Shown: one piece after another, positions 29,398-39,316 of the stretch | Position numbering within the stretch: position 1 is the stretch's first letter | Layout: each line of letters begins with the position of its first letter | NCBI GenBank assembly: GCA_041678365.1 | Contig: JBAYOI010000001.1 | Coordinates: 6,153-70,152, forward strand | From: Pigmentiphaga sp. | Lineage (GTDB): Bacteria > Pseudomonadota > Gammaproteobacteria > Burkholderiales > Burkholderiaceae_B | Direction: 5' to 3' | Length of the DNA: 64,000 nt | The notes under the pieces: generated by a model | What the model saw: the letters and a program-made list of their open reading frames with translations, nothing else | Told to the model about the DNA's origin: nothing | Database searches by the model: none | Translations under genes and position numbers: made by a program

Positions 29398-30321
29398 ATG
29401 AATCTGGAATCTGCTGATCTGCACCTGCTGATGGTCTTCAATGCGCTGTATGAAACCGGCAGCGTCTCCCGGGCGGCTGAAAAACTGGATCTGTCGCAAC
29501 CGGCCACCAGCCATGTCCTGCGCAAGCTGCGGCTGCGCTTTGAGGATCCCCTGTTCATCCGCACCCGCAACGGCATGGAGCCAACACCGCTGGCCAAGGA
29601 GATTGCCGAGCCGGTGCAATCCGCGCTGGAGCTGATCCGCAGCACCCTTCAGACCCGACGGGTGTTCGAACCGCTCAGCTCAACCCAAACCTTCACGCTG
29701 GCCCTGACCGATATTGGTGAAATTTATTTTCTGCCGAGGCTGATGGCGGCCTTGGGGGAACTGGCGCCCGGCGTCGGACTGACCACCGTGCGGGACAATT
29801 CGGTTGAACTCCGCGAAGATCTGGAGCGCGGCAAGATCGACTTGGCCATTGGCCTGCACCCGCAGTTGCGCGCCGGTTTTTTCCAGCGGCGCTTGTTCAC
29901 CCAGGGCTACGTTTGTCTGTACCGCCAGCACCATCCTTTTGAAGGCCAAGCGCTGACACTTGAACAGTATCAGCAAGCCCACCATGTGGTGGCCATTGCC
30001 CATGGCACCGGCCACTACGCGATTGACCAGCACATTGCCGCACAAGGCATCCACCGCGACGTCCGGCTGAGCGTGCCGCATTACGTAGCGCTAAGCCATA
30101 TCCTGCACGAAACCGACCTGATCGCCACCGTGCCCGAGCGCTACGCCAATGAATGCGCCAGCCTGTTCAAGCTGAATATCGTGCCCTGTCCGGTTCCGCT
30201 GCCGCAGACCGACATCTGCATGTTCTGGCATGCGCGGCTGCACCATGACCCGGCCAATCAATGGCTGCGGCGGCAAGTAGCCCATATTTACGCGGACCGG
30301 CCCGCGCTGCCGCAGGCCTAA
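29398..30321 (+). CDS. nagR: LysR regulator, NagR/NahR-like
   Basis: TDIGEIYFLP, FFQRRLF, GTGH and DPANQWLR motifs; divergent from nagG. Confidence 0.8.
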   Translation: MNLESADLHLLMVFNALYETGSVSRAAEKLDLSQPATSHVLRKLRLRFEDPLFIRTRNGMEPTPLAKEIAEPVQSALELIRSTLQTRRVFEPLSSTQTFTLALTDIGEIYFLPRLMAALGELAPGVGLTTVRDNSVELREDLERGKIDLAIGLHPQLRAGFFQRRLFTQGYVCLYRQHHPFEGQALTLEQYQQAHHVVAIAHGTGHYAIDQHIAAQGIHRDVRLSVPHYVALSHILHETDLIATVPERYANECASLFKLNIVPCPVPLPQTDICMFWHARLHHDPANQWLRRQVAHIYADRPALPQA

Positions 30322-30401
30322 GGCCCGGTGTGAGGGTCGGCGGGACCTTGCTCGGGGAGGGCGTGAAACTCGATAACGCCATCAAGGCAAAAGGAGCCAG
30401 T

Positions 30402-31733
30402 TCAAGGCGTGAGCGCCCGGTCAGACCACTGGCTGGCACGCAAGCCCTTCTGGCAACCCGCCAGCGCCAGCGAACCCAAGGCGCAACACGCGCCGCCCGC
30501 CAACAAGGCCAGGGCCGGTCCAAGGCGCTGCGCCACCCCGCCGATTAGCATGCCGCCCGCCGCTGGCGCCAGATTGACTTCCAGCAGCCACAAAGCGGAG
30601 ACCCGGCCCCGCAAGTGATCCGGCGTATGTTGCTGCAACAGCGCGCCGCGAATGATGTCGGAAATGGTGTCCACCGCCCCCGCCAGCGCCAGCACCGCCA
30701 GCGCCAGAAACACTGAACTCACGCTGCCCAGTCCCGCCATCAACACGCCCCAGCACAAGGCTGCCAACACCACCACGCCACCCGGGCGGCGCAAACGGCG
30801 CGTCCAGCCGGCCAAGGCCGCCGCCAGCACCGCGCCCACGGCGGGCGCGGCATGCAGCATGCCCAGCAGGCGGGCGTCGCCGCCCAGCACCTGTTCGCTC
30901 CATTGCGGCAACAGAACCCACGGCGTGGCCAGCAAGGCCATCAGCACATCCAGGATCAGCAGCCCCCCAACCACCGGACTTTTCAAGGCGAAGCGGGCGC
31001 CGTCGATCCAGCCCTGGATGGAAGCCGGACGCCGCCGCGACGCGCTTGCTTTCCCCGCGGACGCTCCCGCCGCGTCCGGCGCGGCGGGCAGACTGGGCAA
31101 GCGCGACAACAAGACCGGAATCAGGATCGCGCCAACCAGCACCACCGAAAAGCTGTACGCCAGCCCCCAGGCGGCGATCACCGCCCCCGCAATCAGGGGC
31201 CCCACCAGACGGCCGCCCTGTTCAAGCAGCGCATTCAGCGCGCCTGCCGCGGGCAACAGCGCAAGCGGCACCAGCCGTGGCAGCGTCGACATCAAGGACG
31301 GGGCGCTGATGCCGCCGGTCAATCCGCTCAATACGGTGGCGGCGTAAATCCAGCTCACGCCAGGCGTCTCGCGAAGGCTGTTCGCCAACAGGATCACGAT
31401 GACCAGCACATAAGCCGCGCGCGACATCACCATCACACGCCGCCGGTCGGCCCGGTCCGCCAGCACGCCGCCCCAGAGCAGGCCTGCCAGCGTGCCAATC
31501 GCCAACCCCACGCCAACGCCCGCCACGTGCAGCGAAGACTGGGTCAACGACCAGACCTGCCACGCCACCGACACCGCCAGCACACCATAGGTGAGCACGC
31601 CAACCAAGCGGGCCAGATACAGCAGGCGGAATGCCGACATCCGCAATGGCGCCAGATCCAGCCCATGACGCGCCCACCATCCCGCCGCGCGGCCAGCATC
31701 CGGCGCAGGATCAGGCCCGTTGTTTGAACTCAT
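30402..31733 (-). CDS. MFS exporter, enterobactin exporter EntS-like
   Basis: GGVLADRADRRRV and LQQHTPDHLRGRVS motifs; about 12 hydrophobic helices. Confidence 0.8.
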   Translation of the reverse strand: MSSNNGPDPAPDAGRAAGWWARHGLDLAPLRMSAFRLLYLARLVGVLTYGVLAVSVAWQVWSLTQSSLHVAGVGVGLAIGTLAGLLWGGVLADRADRRRVMVMSRAAYVLVIVILLANSLRETPGVSWIYAATVLSGLTGGISAPSLMSTLPRLVPLALLPAAGALNALLEQGGRLVGPLIAGAVIAAWGLAYSFSVVLVGAILIPVLLSRLPSLPAAPDAAGASAGKASASRRRPASIQGWIDGARFALKSPVVGGLLILDVLMALLATPWVLLPQWSEQVLGGDARLLGMLHAAPAVGAVLAAALAGWTRRLRRPGGVVVLAALCWGVLMAGLGSVSSVFLALAVLALAGAVDTISDIIRGALLQQHTPDHLRGRVSALWLLEVNLAPAAGGMLIGGVAQRLGPALALLAGGACCALGSLALAGCQKGLRASQWSDRALTP

Positions 31734-32811
31734 GCTCACTCAAGCCGTTGCGCCAATAGGCCACCATCAATTGTTCGCGCTTTTCCAGTTTCAGCGTCTC
31801 GCGCGCCCAGTTCCGCAGATGCTGGACGGTGGCAAACTCCGCGCCCAGCCAGACGAAACGGCTTTCCCCCGATTGCCCCAGCACACTTTCCCAGTCCAGG
31901 GCTTCAAACCGTTCGCGCAGCAAGGAAGACTCGCCCGCCGCGCAAGCGCCGCGATGCAGCCAGGTCCACTGCACGCCGACGGGCAGGGAGAGGTCCAGCT
32001 CATCGTCGGGACCCGCCACTTCGGCCAGCACGCGGCAGGCCGTGTTATCCGGCAATGCTTCCGCAATACGCGCCATCGCGGGCACCGCGGTCTCGTCACC
32101 CGCCAGCACCATCCGGTCCGCCAGGCTTGCCGTGCGGCCGCCCGGTCCGGTCATGCCAATCAACTGGCCCCGCCGGGCCTGCGCCGCCCAACGCGACCCC
32201 GGCCCGGCGTCATCATGCAATACGAAGTCAATGTCGAGCCATTGCTGTGCGGCGTCGATGCGGCGAATCGTATAGGTACGCAGATCGAGCCGCTTCTCCC
32301 CCTGCGGCAGGCGCGGCAGGCCGCTCTCATTCAGCGTCGGCCATTCGGGTTCGGACACGCCGGGCTGCGGAAACATCAGTTTGCAATGCAGGTTGTCTTC
32401 CTGACCATAGCGTTGAAGATCCTGGCTGCCGAAGCGGATCCGGCGGAAATGCGGGCCCAGCTCGTGTACCTCCTGCACCGTCAACACGCGGAAAGCGGGC
32501 GGGCGGGCCAGTCCCGCGCCGTCGCCCAACCACACCAGCGGCGCGCGATCGGGATCACAGAACTCGATCAAATGGCCCGCAATCATCATCTTGAGATCAT
32601 GCAGCAACTCCATCCCATCGGCCCGCGCCTCGGCATGGATGGTTGATTGCTCCACCCACAACACCCCTTGTCCGGTCTGATAGGTCAGGCGCCAGACGCC
32701 TTGCTTTTCATCAACCTGGAAATCGTGCTCGGCCAGATGCGCCATCACCTCACGGAGGCGATCTTCCGCGTCATCCACACTCAAAGACGTCTTCGTTACC
32801 AACGCATGCAT
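31711..32811 (-). CDS. Siderophore-interacting protein (ViuB/YqjH-type ferric reductase) with an extra N-terminal domain
   Basis: RTYTIR, IDFVLH, GPGSRWA, AGDETAVPA and YWR motifs. Confidence 0.9.
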   Translation of the reverse strand: MHALVTKTSLSVDDAEDRLREVMAHLAEHDFQVDEKQGVWRLTYQTGQGVLWVEQSTIHAEARADGMELLHDLKMMIAGHLIEFCDPDRAPLVWLGDGAGLARPPAFRVLTVQEVHELGPHFRRIRFGSQDLQRYGQEDNLHCKLMFPQPGVSEPEWPTLNESGLPRLPQGEKRLDLRTYTIRRIDAAQQWLDIDFVLHDDAGPGSRWAAQARRGQLIGMTGPGGRTASLADRMVLAGDETAVPAMARIAEALPDNTACRVLAEVAGPDDELDLSLPVGVQWTWLHRGACAAGESSLLRERFEALDWESVLGQSGESRFVWLGAEFATVQHLRNWARETLKLEKREQLMVAYWRNGLSEHEFKQRA

Positions 32812-32828
32812 GTTTTTCCTTCCTGTAT

Positions 32829-33674
32829 TCACTCATTATCCCGTTCAGCCAGCCCGTCCACCATCACATAGAGACGCCCTTGATCACAATGCCGCACTCT
32901 TGCCCGGACCCCATAGGCGGACGTCAGCACATCCGGTGCGATGGCCTGCTCCGGGCGTCCAAAGGCTTCAATACGTCCGTCTTTCATGACGGCCACCCGA
33001 TCCGCCCACTGCGCCGCCAAGGTCAAGTCGTGCAGCACGACCACCACAATACGGCCTTCCCGCGCCAAGGCCCGGACCGTGTGCAGAACCTGCCACTGGT
33101 AGGCCAGGTCCAGCGCGCTGGTGGGTTCGTCCAGCAGCAGGATGGGCGTGTTCCTCACCATGACCTGGGCCAGCGCCACCAACTGCCGCTGCCCGCCCGA
33201 AAGCTGGTGCAGCGGACGCATCGACAAGTCCAGGATGCCAAGCCGGTCCAAGACGTGCAGCGCGCTCTGCTCGCCAAGGCGTTTCAGGCTGCCTGCCTGA
33301 CCCGCCACCAGCACCGACTCCAACACGGTCAGCGCCGTGTCTTCCGGCAGACGCTGCGGCATGAAGCCCAATAAACGGGAACGCGCGGTCAAGGACAGCT
33401 CCGCCCACGCTTGCTGGCCATAGGCAATCCGCCCTTCAAACGGCACCAGGCCCGCCAACGCGCGCAACAAGGTGGATTTGCCCGCGGCATTCGGGCCAAC
33501 CAGGCCCAATATTTCTCCGGCGCGCAACGGCGGCAGGCTCAAACGGTCAACAATGACCCGCTGGCGATAATGAACGCGCAATGCCTCCACGTGCAGCATC
33601 GGTGCGCCGCTGCGGGGATCCACCGAGGCATCCTCCTCGGGTTGCGGCTTGAAAGCAATCAGCGATGCGCTCAT
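32829..33674 (-). CDS. Iron-chelate ABC transporter ATP-binding protein
   Basis: GPNAAGKST, LSGGQRQ, LLDEPT and VLHDL motifs. Confidence 0.92.
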   Translation of the reverse strand: MSASLIAFKPQPEEDASVDPRSGAPMLHVEALRVHYRQRVIVDRLSLPPLRAGEILGLVGPNAAGKSTLLRALAGLVPFEGRIAYGQQAWAELSLTARSRLLGFMPQRLPEDTALTVLESVLVAGQAGSLKRLGEQSALHVLDRLGILDLSMRPLHQLSGGQRQLVALAQVMVRNTPILLLDEPTSALDLAYQWQVLHTVRALAREGRIVVVVLHDLTLAAQWADRVAVMKDGRIEAFGRPEQAIAPDVLTSAYGVRARVRHCDQGRLYVMVDGLAERDNE

Positions 33675-34738
33675 GACACCCGCCCGCCGCGCCGCAGGAT
33701 CAACGACATGAAGACGGGCAGCCCGACCAGTGCCGTCACAATGCCCACCGGCAGCAAAATACCGGGGATCAGCGCCTTGCTGACAACAGAAGCCAGCGAC
33801 ATCATGATCGCGCCGACCACGGCGCTGGCGGGCAGGAGGTGCCGATGCCCTTCCCCGACCAGCATCCGCGCCACATGCGGCCCGACCAGGCCAACAAAGC
33901 CGATGGTGCCGACAAAACCCACCGCCACCGCGGCCAGCAGGCTGATGCGCACCAGCGTCCAGCGACGCAATGACGCCACGTTGATCCCGAAACTGTGCGC
34001 GCGCTCATCGCCAAGCCGCAAGGCGGTCAGCGAATGACCGGCGCGCCAGGAAAACGGCAGCACCAGCGCCAGCACCCCCGCCATCACGGCCACGCTTTGC
34101 CAATCGGCGCGCGCCAGGCTGCCCATGCTCCAGAACACCAACTGCTGCAAGGCATCTTCGCTGGCCACGAATTGCACCAATGACAACAAAGCGCCCGCGG
34201 TAAAACCGATGGCGATGCCGAACAGGACCAGGGTCTGCGCTTGCGCGCCGCTCCAGCGCGACAGCAATTGCAGCAAGGCCATCGCGCCCACCGCGAAAAC
34301 AAAAGCGTTGCCGGACACAATCCAGACCGGCGCCATCCCCGGGATCCCCCAATCCAGCACAATCGCCAAGGCCGCGCCAAGCGCCGCCGATGACGACACG
34401 CCCAGGGTGAACGGCTCCGCCAAGGGATTGCCCAGAATCGTCTGCATCTCCGTGCCCGCCAGCGCCAGCGACGCGCCAACCAGCACGGCCATCAAGGCCA
34501 CCGGCAGGCGGACGTCCCACAGCACCACCTGCAAGCCCCTGGGCAAGTGATCCGGACGCCACAGACCGATCAGCACGTCCATGCCCTTCAAGGTGGAGGG
34601 GCCGCTGCCAATGTCCCACACCACCGCCAGCAGCGCCAACACCGCCAGGCCCGCGATCATGGCCCAGCGCCGACCCTGCCGACGTTGATGAATAGACCAT
34701 TGGGCCTGCTGCCGGGCTGTCTTCAATAACGCGCTCAT
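33671..34738 (-). CDS. FecCD family iron-chelate ABC permease
   Basis: RLPVA, NPLAEPFTLG, GFVGLVGPH and PVGIVTALVG motifs. Confidence 0.92.
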   Translation of the reverse strand: MSALLKTARQQAQWSIHQRRQGRRWAMIAGLAVLALLAVVWDIGSGPSTLKGMDVLIGLWRPDHLPRGLQVVLWDVRLPVALMAVLVGASLALAGTEMQTILGNPLAEPFTLGVSSSAALGAALAIVLDWGIPGMAPVWIVSGNAFVFAVGAMALLQLLSRWSGAQAQTLVLFGIAIGFTAGALLSLVQFVASEDALQQLVFWSMGSLARADWQSVAVMAGVLALVLPFSWRAGHSLTALRLGDERAHSFGINVASLRRWTLVRISLLAAVAVGFVGTIGFVGLVGPHVARMLVGEGHRHLLPASAVVGAIMMSLASVVSKALIPGILLPVGIVTALVGLPVFMSLILRRGGRVS

Positions 34739-35862
34739 GATCCCGCATCCGCGCCAAGCTCGATCCACGTCAGGCCCGGCATGGTTATCTTCATCCAGTC
34801 GTGATGAATGGCATCCAGCGTCGCTTGCGGCGCCAGGTCGCGAAAGATCTCCGGATGCAGCCAGCGGGCGATTTTTTCCAGCATCGCGATCGACAGGCCG
34901 CTATGCATGATGCCGTACACACGCTGATGCCGGACCGCGCTGGTTTCACTCAAGCCCTTGCGCCGCACGGCCCGCTCCAAGCTGTCCCGCGCCGTCTGCT
35001 CGCTGATGCCCGGGCCCAGCAACAAGCCGCCTCGCGCCTTCAAATGCCCGCCACCCGTGCCAATGTACACATCCGGATCTTGCGCAATCACATATTCGGC
35101 ATTGAGCTGCCCGGCCATGCCGAGAATCCGGTCCGCGCCAATCAGTTCCCCGCCCGCGATCCGCACCAGGTCACCCAGGTTTTTCCCGGCCCCCATCGAC
35201 ATGCAGCATGGACCGGACCCGGCATGCGGTTCCATGAGGACTTTGGGCAAGCGGACGCCCTGCGCCTTCAGCGCCGCCACCCGCCGCTGGACCCGTTCCA
35301 GGCGCTCCAGCATGAAGCGGGACAGGCGCTTTCCTTCCTCCGCCCGGCCCACCAGCACCGCGATTTTTTCAATGCCCTCGGTGGGATGCTCGGCCCGCAG
35401 GTCCGGTGCCAGATTCAGCACCGCCACCGCAATGCCCGCCTTCTCAAGCCGGGCAATGGCCCGATCCGCCTTGCCATAGAAGGTGTCCAGCACCACCAGA
35501 TCCGGATCCATCGCGATCAACGCTTCGGCATGCAGATTCTGCGGGCCGTCGATGCTCAATTGCGTGATGCGGTCAAACGCGGCCGGATCCGGCGCGCGCA
35601 ACGCGGCCAGCACGTCCGCATCCAGACGCCATTTGTTCCACGCCACGATCCGCTTGGCGGGCTCGGGATCGATCATCGCCAGAATACCGTAGTCGTCGGT
35701 GGCCGAAAACACGATGCGTTGCGCGGGCTGCGCCAGCGTGACGCGCTGGCCCCGCAGATCCATGATTTCAATAGGTTCAGCGGCCTGCGCCGCTGAACCT
35801 ATTGCCCACATCAGTGCCGCCGCCCGCGCGACGGCACCCAGCCAACGCTTAGAACGTTGCAT
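34735..35862 (-). CDS. Iron-chelate ABC periplasmic binding protein
   Basis: Signal peptide ending AQA; DLRGQRV..PAQRIV, EALIAMDPDLV and EYVIAQDPDV motifs. Confidence 0.85.
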   Translation of the reverse strand: MQRSKRWLGAVARAAALMWAIGSAAQAAEPIEIMDLRGQRVTLAQPAQRIVFSATDDYGILAMIDPEPAKRIVAWNKWRLDADVLAALRAPDPAAFDRITQLSIDGPQNLHAEALIAMDPDLVVLDTFYGKADRAIARLEKAGIAVAVLNLAPDLRAEHPTEGIEKIAVLVGRAEEGKRLSRFMLERLERVQRRVAALKAQGVRLPKVLMEPHAGSGPCCMSMGAGKNLGDLVRIAGGELIGADRILGMAGQLNAEYVIAQDPDVYIGTGGGHLKARGGLLLGPGISEQTARDSLERAVRRKGLSETSAVRHQRVYGIMHSGLSIAMLEKIARWLHPEIFRDLAPQATLDAIHHDWMKITMPGLTWIELGADAGS

Positions 35863-37924
35863 TGAGCCCCACCCACAAGCGCCGCCCCTCATCAAGCATC
35901 CAATTGCCGTCCAGGCCCGAATTGCGATCGCGCGTATCAATCGGCACTTTGCGATCAAAGAGGTTCAGCAGCGACAAGCGGAGGCTGACGTTTTTCGTAA
36001 CGGCGTAATTGCCGCCCAGATCAAAGGTCAAGGCGCTGCCGCGCGTCCGCATATTGCTGGCCGAGTTGCGGAAGCCCGCATAGTAGGCGTTGCCGGTATA
36101 GTTGAGCCGCGCAAAGGTATCGAGCTTGTCCGTGGCGCGCCAATCCAGCCGCGCGTTCAGCATATGCTCCGGGGTTTTCTCGAAGGGCTTGCCATCCAGT
36201 GATGATCCATCAAAGGACATCTCGCCGCCGCCGCGCCGTTTGGACTTGGTATACGTATAGTTGGCCGACACGCTCATTGTGCGATTCAGCGGCGTCTTCA
36301 CGCCCAGTTCCACGCCGCGAAGCTGCACCTTGTCAATGTTGTCATAGACGAACACGGTATTGGTGCCGCCTGGATTCAACGGGTCCGGCTGGCCGGTGTC
36401 ATAGCTGGCGACTTTGTTTTTGAAGTTGGTATTGAACAAGGTAGCCGTCACACCGCTGCCCGGCGCCCAGTCATAGCTCAAACCGAACTCCTGCGTCAGG
36501 CTGGTTTCCGGTTTCAAGTCGGGATTGCCGCACAAGGGGCCGCGCGTGCCGCTGTTGCCCCCGGTGGTCATGCAATAGCCCGCCGTGCTCTGGCGAATGG
36601 TCGGCGCCTTGAAGCCGGACGTCACGCCGCCGCGCAGCGTCAAGGCATCGGTCACGTGATACACCCCGTACAAGCGGGGTGACCAATGCGAACCGTAGTT
36701 CTCATGGTGATCCATCCGCACGCCGCCGGTCAGCACGAATTTGTCCGTGATCGAAAAGTCATCTTCAAGGAACAAGGCGTAGCTGGACAGGGACACGCTA
36801 TCCACGTTGACCGGATAGCCGCCCACCGCTGCTTCCCGCTGGATGCCGTCCAGTTCGCTATACAGCCACTGACCGCCAAAACGCAGGAAGTGGCTGCCCA
36901 ATGGCACACTCATGGTGCCTTCCAGCGTGGTGTTGGTCACTTCCCGATCACTGTAGCCCGCCGTTTGCGGCCAGTTCTGCTGCTTGCCGATTTCCCGGTA
37001 AAGCGCCAGTTTGGACTGGCCAAAATCCCAACGGCCGGTATGGCTGATGCCGTAATGGTCCCGCAGATGCCGGGTGCGCCGCCACGTCGAACTTGGAATA
37101 TCCGAGCGGCCCGGCGTGGACTCGACCGTGAAACGCTCGGTACCCAGATCGACCTCGACATCCTGGTTGGGCGCGGGCCGGGCCGTCAGCTTGACGCCCA
37201 GGCTGCGGTTGTCTTCCGCAAACGCCCCGGTGCCGCCCGCAAAGTTCTTGTCGCCCTCCGAGCGGTCCGAGTATTTACCCATGACCTGCAAGCCCAGCAC
37301 CTCGTCCTTGATCGGTCCGCCCAGCCAGAACTCGCCACCCCGGGTATTGCCGAAGTCGCGGTCGCTCTGGAAGGTCGCGGAAACGGCCACGCTTCCACCC
37401 CAGCTTGACGCAACCTTTTTGGTAATGATGTTGATCACGCCCCCCATGGCTTCCGAGCCGTACAGTGAGGACATCGGTCCGCGAATCACCTCGATCCGCT
37501 CAATGGCCGCCAGCGGCGGCAACAGGTTGGCTTGCACGCCGCCGGTGCCGCGATTCATGGTTTCGCGGGTGTTCTGGCGCCTGCCGTCCACCAGGATCAG
37601 CGTGTACTCCCCGGGCATGCCCCGGATTGAAATATCCGCCTCGCTCGGACCGGCTCCGATAATACTGACGCCCTCCACCGTGCTGACGGCATCCGCCACC
37701 GAGCTGTAGTTACCTTTGGCCAGTTCCTCACTGCTGATCACGCTGATGGAAGCGGGCGCTTCCTTGATCTGCTGCTGGACGCCGCTGGCCGTCACCACCA
37801 CGGTCTGCAACTGACCGCTCGATTCCTGGGCCCAGACGCCCGCATGCCCCATCACCACCAACGCCAGCGCCACCTGCTTCAGCGCGAACGGCGCTCCCTT
37901 CCGACTCATACCTGTTTTCATCAC
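35849..37924 (-). CDS. TonB-dependent siderophore receptor (IrgA/CirA/BfrA-like)
   Basis: TonB box TVVVTA, IERIEVIRGPMSSLYG, NPDLKPE and terminal Phe. Confidence 0.93.
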   Translation of the reverse strand: MMKTGMSRKGAPFALKQVALALVVMGHAGVWAQESSGQLQTVVVTASGVQQQIKEAPASISVISSEELAKGNYSSVADAVSTVEGVSIIGAGPSEADISIRGMPGEYTLILVDGRRQNTRETMNRGTGGVQANLLPPLAAIERIEVIRGPMSSLYGSEAMGGVINIITKKVASSWGGSVAVSATFQSDRDFGNTRGGEFWLGGPIKDEVLGLQVMGKYSDRSEGDKNFAGGTGAFAEDNRSLGVKLTARPAPNQDVEVDLGTERFTVESTPGRSDIPSSTWRRTRHLRDHYGISHTGRWDFGQSKLALYREIGKQQNWPQTAGYSDREVTNTTLEGTMSVPLGSHFLRFGGQWLYSELDGIQREAAVGGYPVNVDSVSLSSYALFLEDDFSITDKFVLTGGVRMDHHENYGSHWSPRLYGVYHVTDALTLRGGVTSGFKAPTIRQSTAGYCMTTGGNSGTRGPLCGNPDLKPETSLTQEFGLSYDWAPGSGVTATLFNTNFKNKVASYDTGQPDPLNPGGTNTVFVYDNIDKVQLRGVELGVKTPLNRTMSVSANYTYTKSKRRGGGEMSFDGSSLDGKPFEKTPEHMLNARLDWRATDKLDTFARLNYTGNAYYAGFRNSASNMRTRGSALTFDLGGNYAVTKNVSLRLSLLNLFDRKVPIDTRDRNSGLDGNWMLDEGRRLWVGLNATF

Positions 37925-38087
37925 AGCGCTTACCTTTCACGTGCGGATCACCCGCTTATTGGCTTGGAGCAGCGCTGCCATTCAGGCCGGGCTACTCCGC
38001 CAAACATCGCCCCCAGGGCATTGGAGCGGCCATTACATCACCGGCCCTCGCGCCTGAGTTTTGAGCAAACGTTGCAGATATTTGAAT

Positions 38088-38106
38088 GCCAATCAAAATC
38101 ATTCTC
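38088..38106. promoter_or_regulatory. Fur box upstream of the TonB-dependent receptor
   Basis: GCCAATCAAAATCATTCTC matches GATAATGATAATCATTATC at 14/19 positions. Confidence 0.65.
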
Positions 38107-38121
38107 GCTGAAATAAAAAAT

Positions 38122-39153
38122 TCATAGCTTCGTCCGCACCCACTTCGGGGAGATGCCGAACTTGCGCTTGAAGGCCGTCGAAAAATTGGCGGCGCTGCTG
38201 TAGCCCGCCGCCCACGCCACTTCCGAGACGCTGCAGCCGGTCTGCTCCAGACGCGCCCATGCCTGATCCAGGCGAATGTCACGCCGGTACTCATCCACCG
38301 TATTGCCGTACACATCGCGGAACTGGCGTTGCAGCGCACTGGTGCTCAAACCGACTTTTCGCGCCAGCTCATCCACCGTCATGGCCTGCCCTTCGGCGCC
38401 GTGCAGCAACTTTTGCAGATGGGCCAGGCGCAAATGCCCGCGCGGCGGCAAACCGTTGCGCCCCGCTTCCGGTGTTTGCTCATTCAGCGCCTGCCAAGCC
38501 TCGTGCACCAATTCAAAGGAGCGGCTCACCAACATCAGCGACGACGGCTCAGGCGAACGCAGCAGGCACAGGATCTGTTCCGCCACCGCCACGGCGCGCA
38601 CCGAAGGCGTCCAGCCTTGTATGCCCACCTCCCGCGCAAACCACTCCCGGTGCCGTCTCGTTTTCAGCGCAGGCGTCAGCCCTTGCGCTTCCAGCCATCC
38701 CGGTTCCAGGAAAAAACTGAGTTTCCGTTCGAACTTCCCGCGTTGCCAGCGGCGTCCGAATTGATGGGTGTGCCGGGTATTGATCACCGCACCCTGCGCC
38801 TGGGCGCCGTGCACGCCAGCAGGAACGCTGAGTTGAAGCGGGTAGTCGTCAAACGACACGTCGACCCAGCCATCCAGCAGCATGACCACCCGCAAGCCAG
38901 CCGAAGACGGATTGGTGCAAGAAGCGTCCAACAGGTCACCGACCTCCGCGCTGTGCAGCCACATGCCCGGCTGGACCTCGATATGGTGAAGTTGCCCGGT
39001 CAACAGGGCGCGCTCCGATCCGGGATCCACATTGGAGAAATGATAATCCGGTTCGCCAAAATCCTGCAGACGCAACAGATTCCTGCCCAGCCAGGGAGGC
39101 AGGTGCTTGCCGCCCTGCGGGCGGTGCAACGACGCATCATGGAAAGCACGCAT
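38122..39153 (-). CDS. AraC family regulator (PchR/AlcR-like)
   Basis: C-terminal double HTH: LARKVGLS...VSEVAWAAGYSSAANFSTAFKRKFGISP. Confidence 0.9.
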   Translation of the reverse strand: MRAFHDASLHRPQGGKHLPPWLGRNLLRLQDFGEPDYHFSNVDPGSERALLTGQLHHIEVQPGMWLHSAEVGDLLDASCTNPSSAGLRVVMLLDGWVDVSFDDYPLQLSVPAGVHGAQAQGAVINTRHTHQFGRRWQRGKFERKLSFFLEPGWLEAQGLTPALKTRRHREWFAREVGIQGWTPSVRAVAVAEQILCLLRSPEPSSLMLVSRSFELVHEAWQALNEQTPEAGRNGLPPRGHLRLAHLQKLLHGAEGQAMTVDELARKVGLSTSALQRQFRDVYGNTVDEYRRDIRLDQAWARLEQTGCSVSEVAWAAGYSSAANFSTAFKRKFGISPKWVRTKL

Positions 39154-39203
39154 AAGGAAACCCTGAGTTCGCACCGCTTATAGCGACGGGTCGGAACAAA
39201 TAC

Positions 39204-39228
39204 TTTAATGATAATGATTCCTATTAAC
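39204..39228. promoter_or_regulatory. Overlapping Fur boxes upstream of the AraC regulator
   Basis: GATAATGATTCCTATTAAC (39210-39228) matches at 14/19; an overlapping 13/19 match starts at 39204. Confidence 0.7.
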
Positions 39229-39265
39229 AATCTACTGCGATCGCCGCCCCAAGGCAAGCACCAAT

Positions 39266-39287
39266 AAAAAACAGCCCCGCAGGGCTG
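39266..39287 (-). terminator. Intrinsic terminator downstream of metE
   Basis: Minus strand CAGCCC-TGCG-GGGCTG followed by T6. Confidence 0.65.
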
Positions 39288-39316
39288 CTTCACCTCCAGG
39301 CTCGAACTCGGACCGT

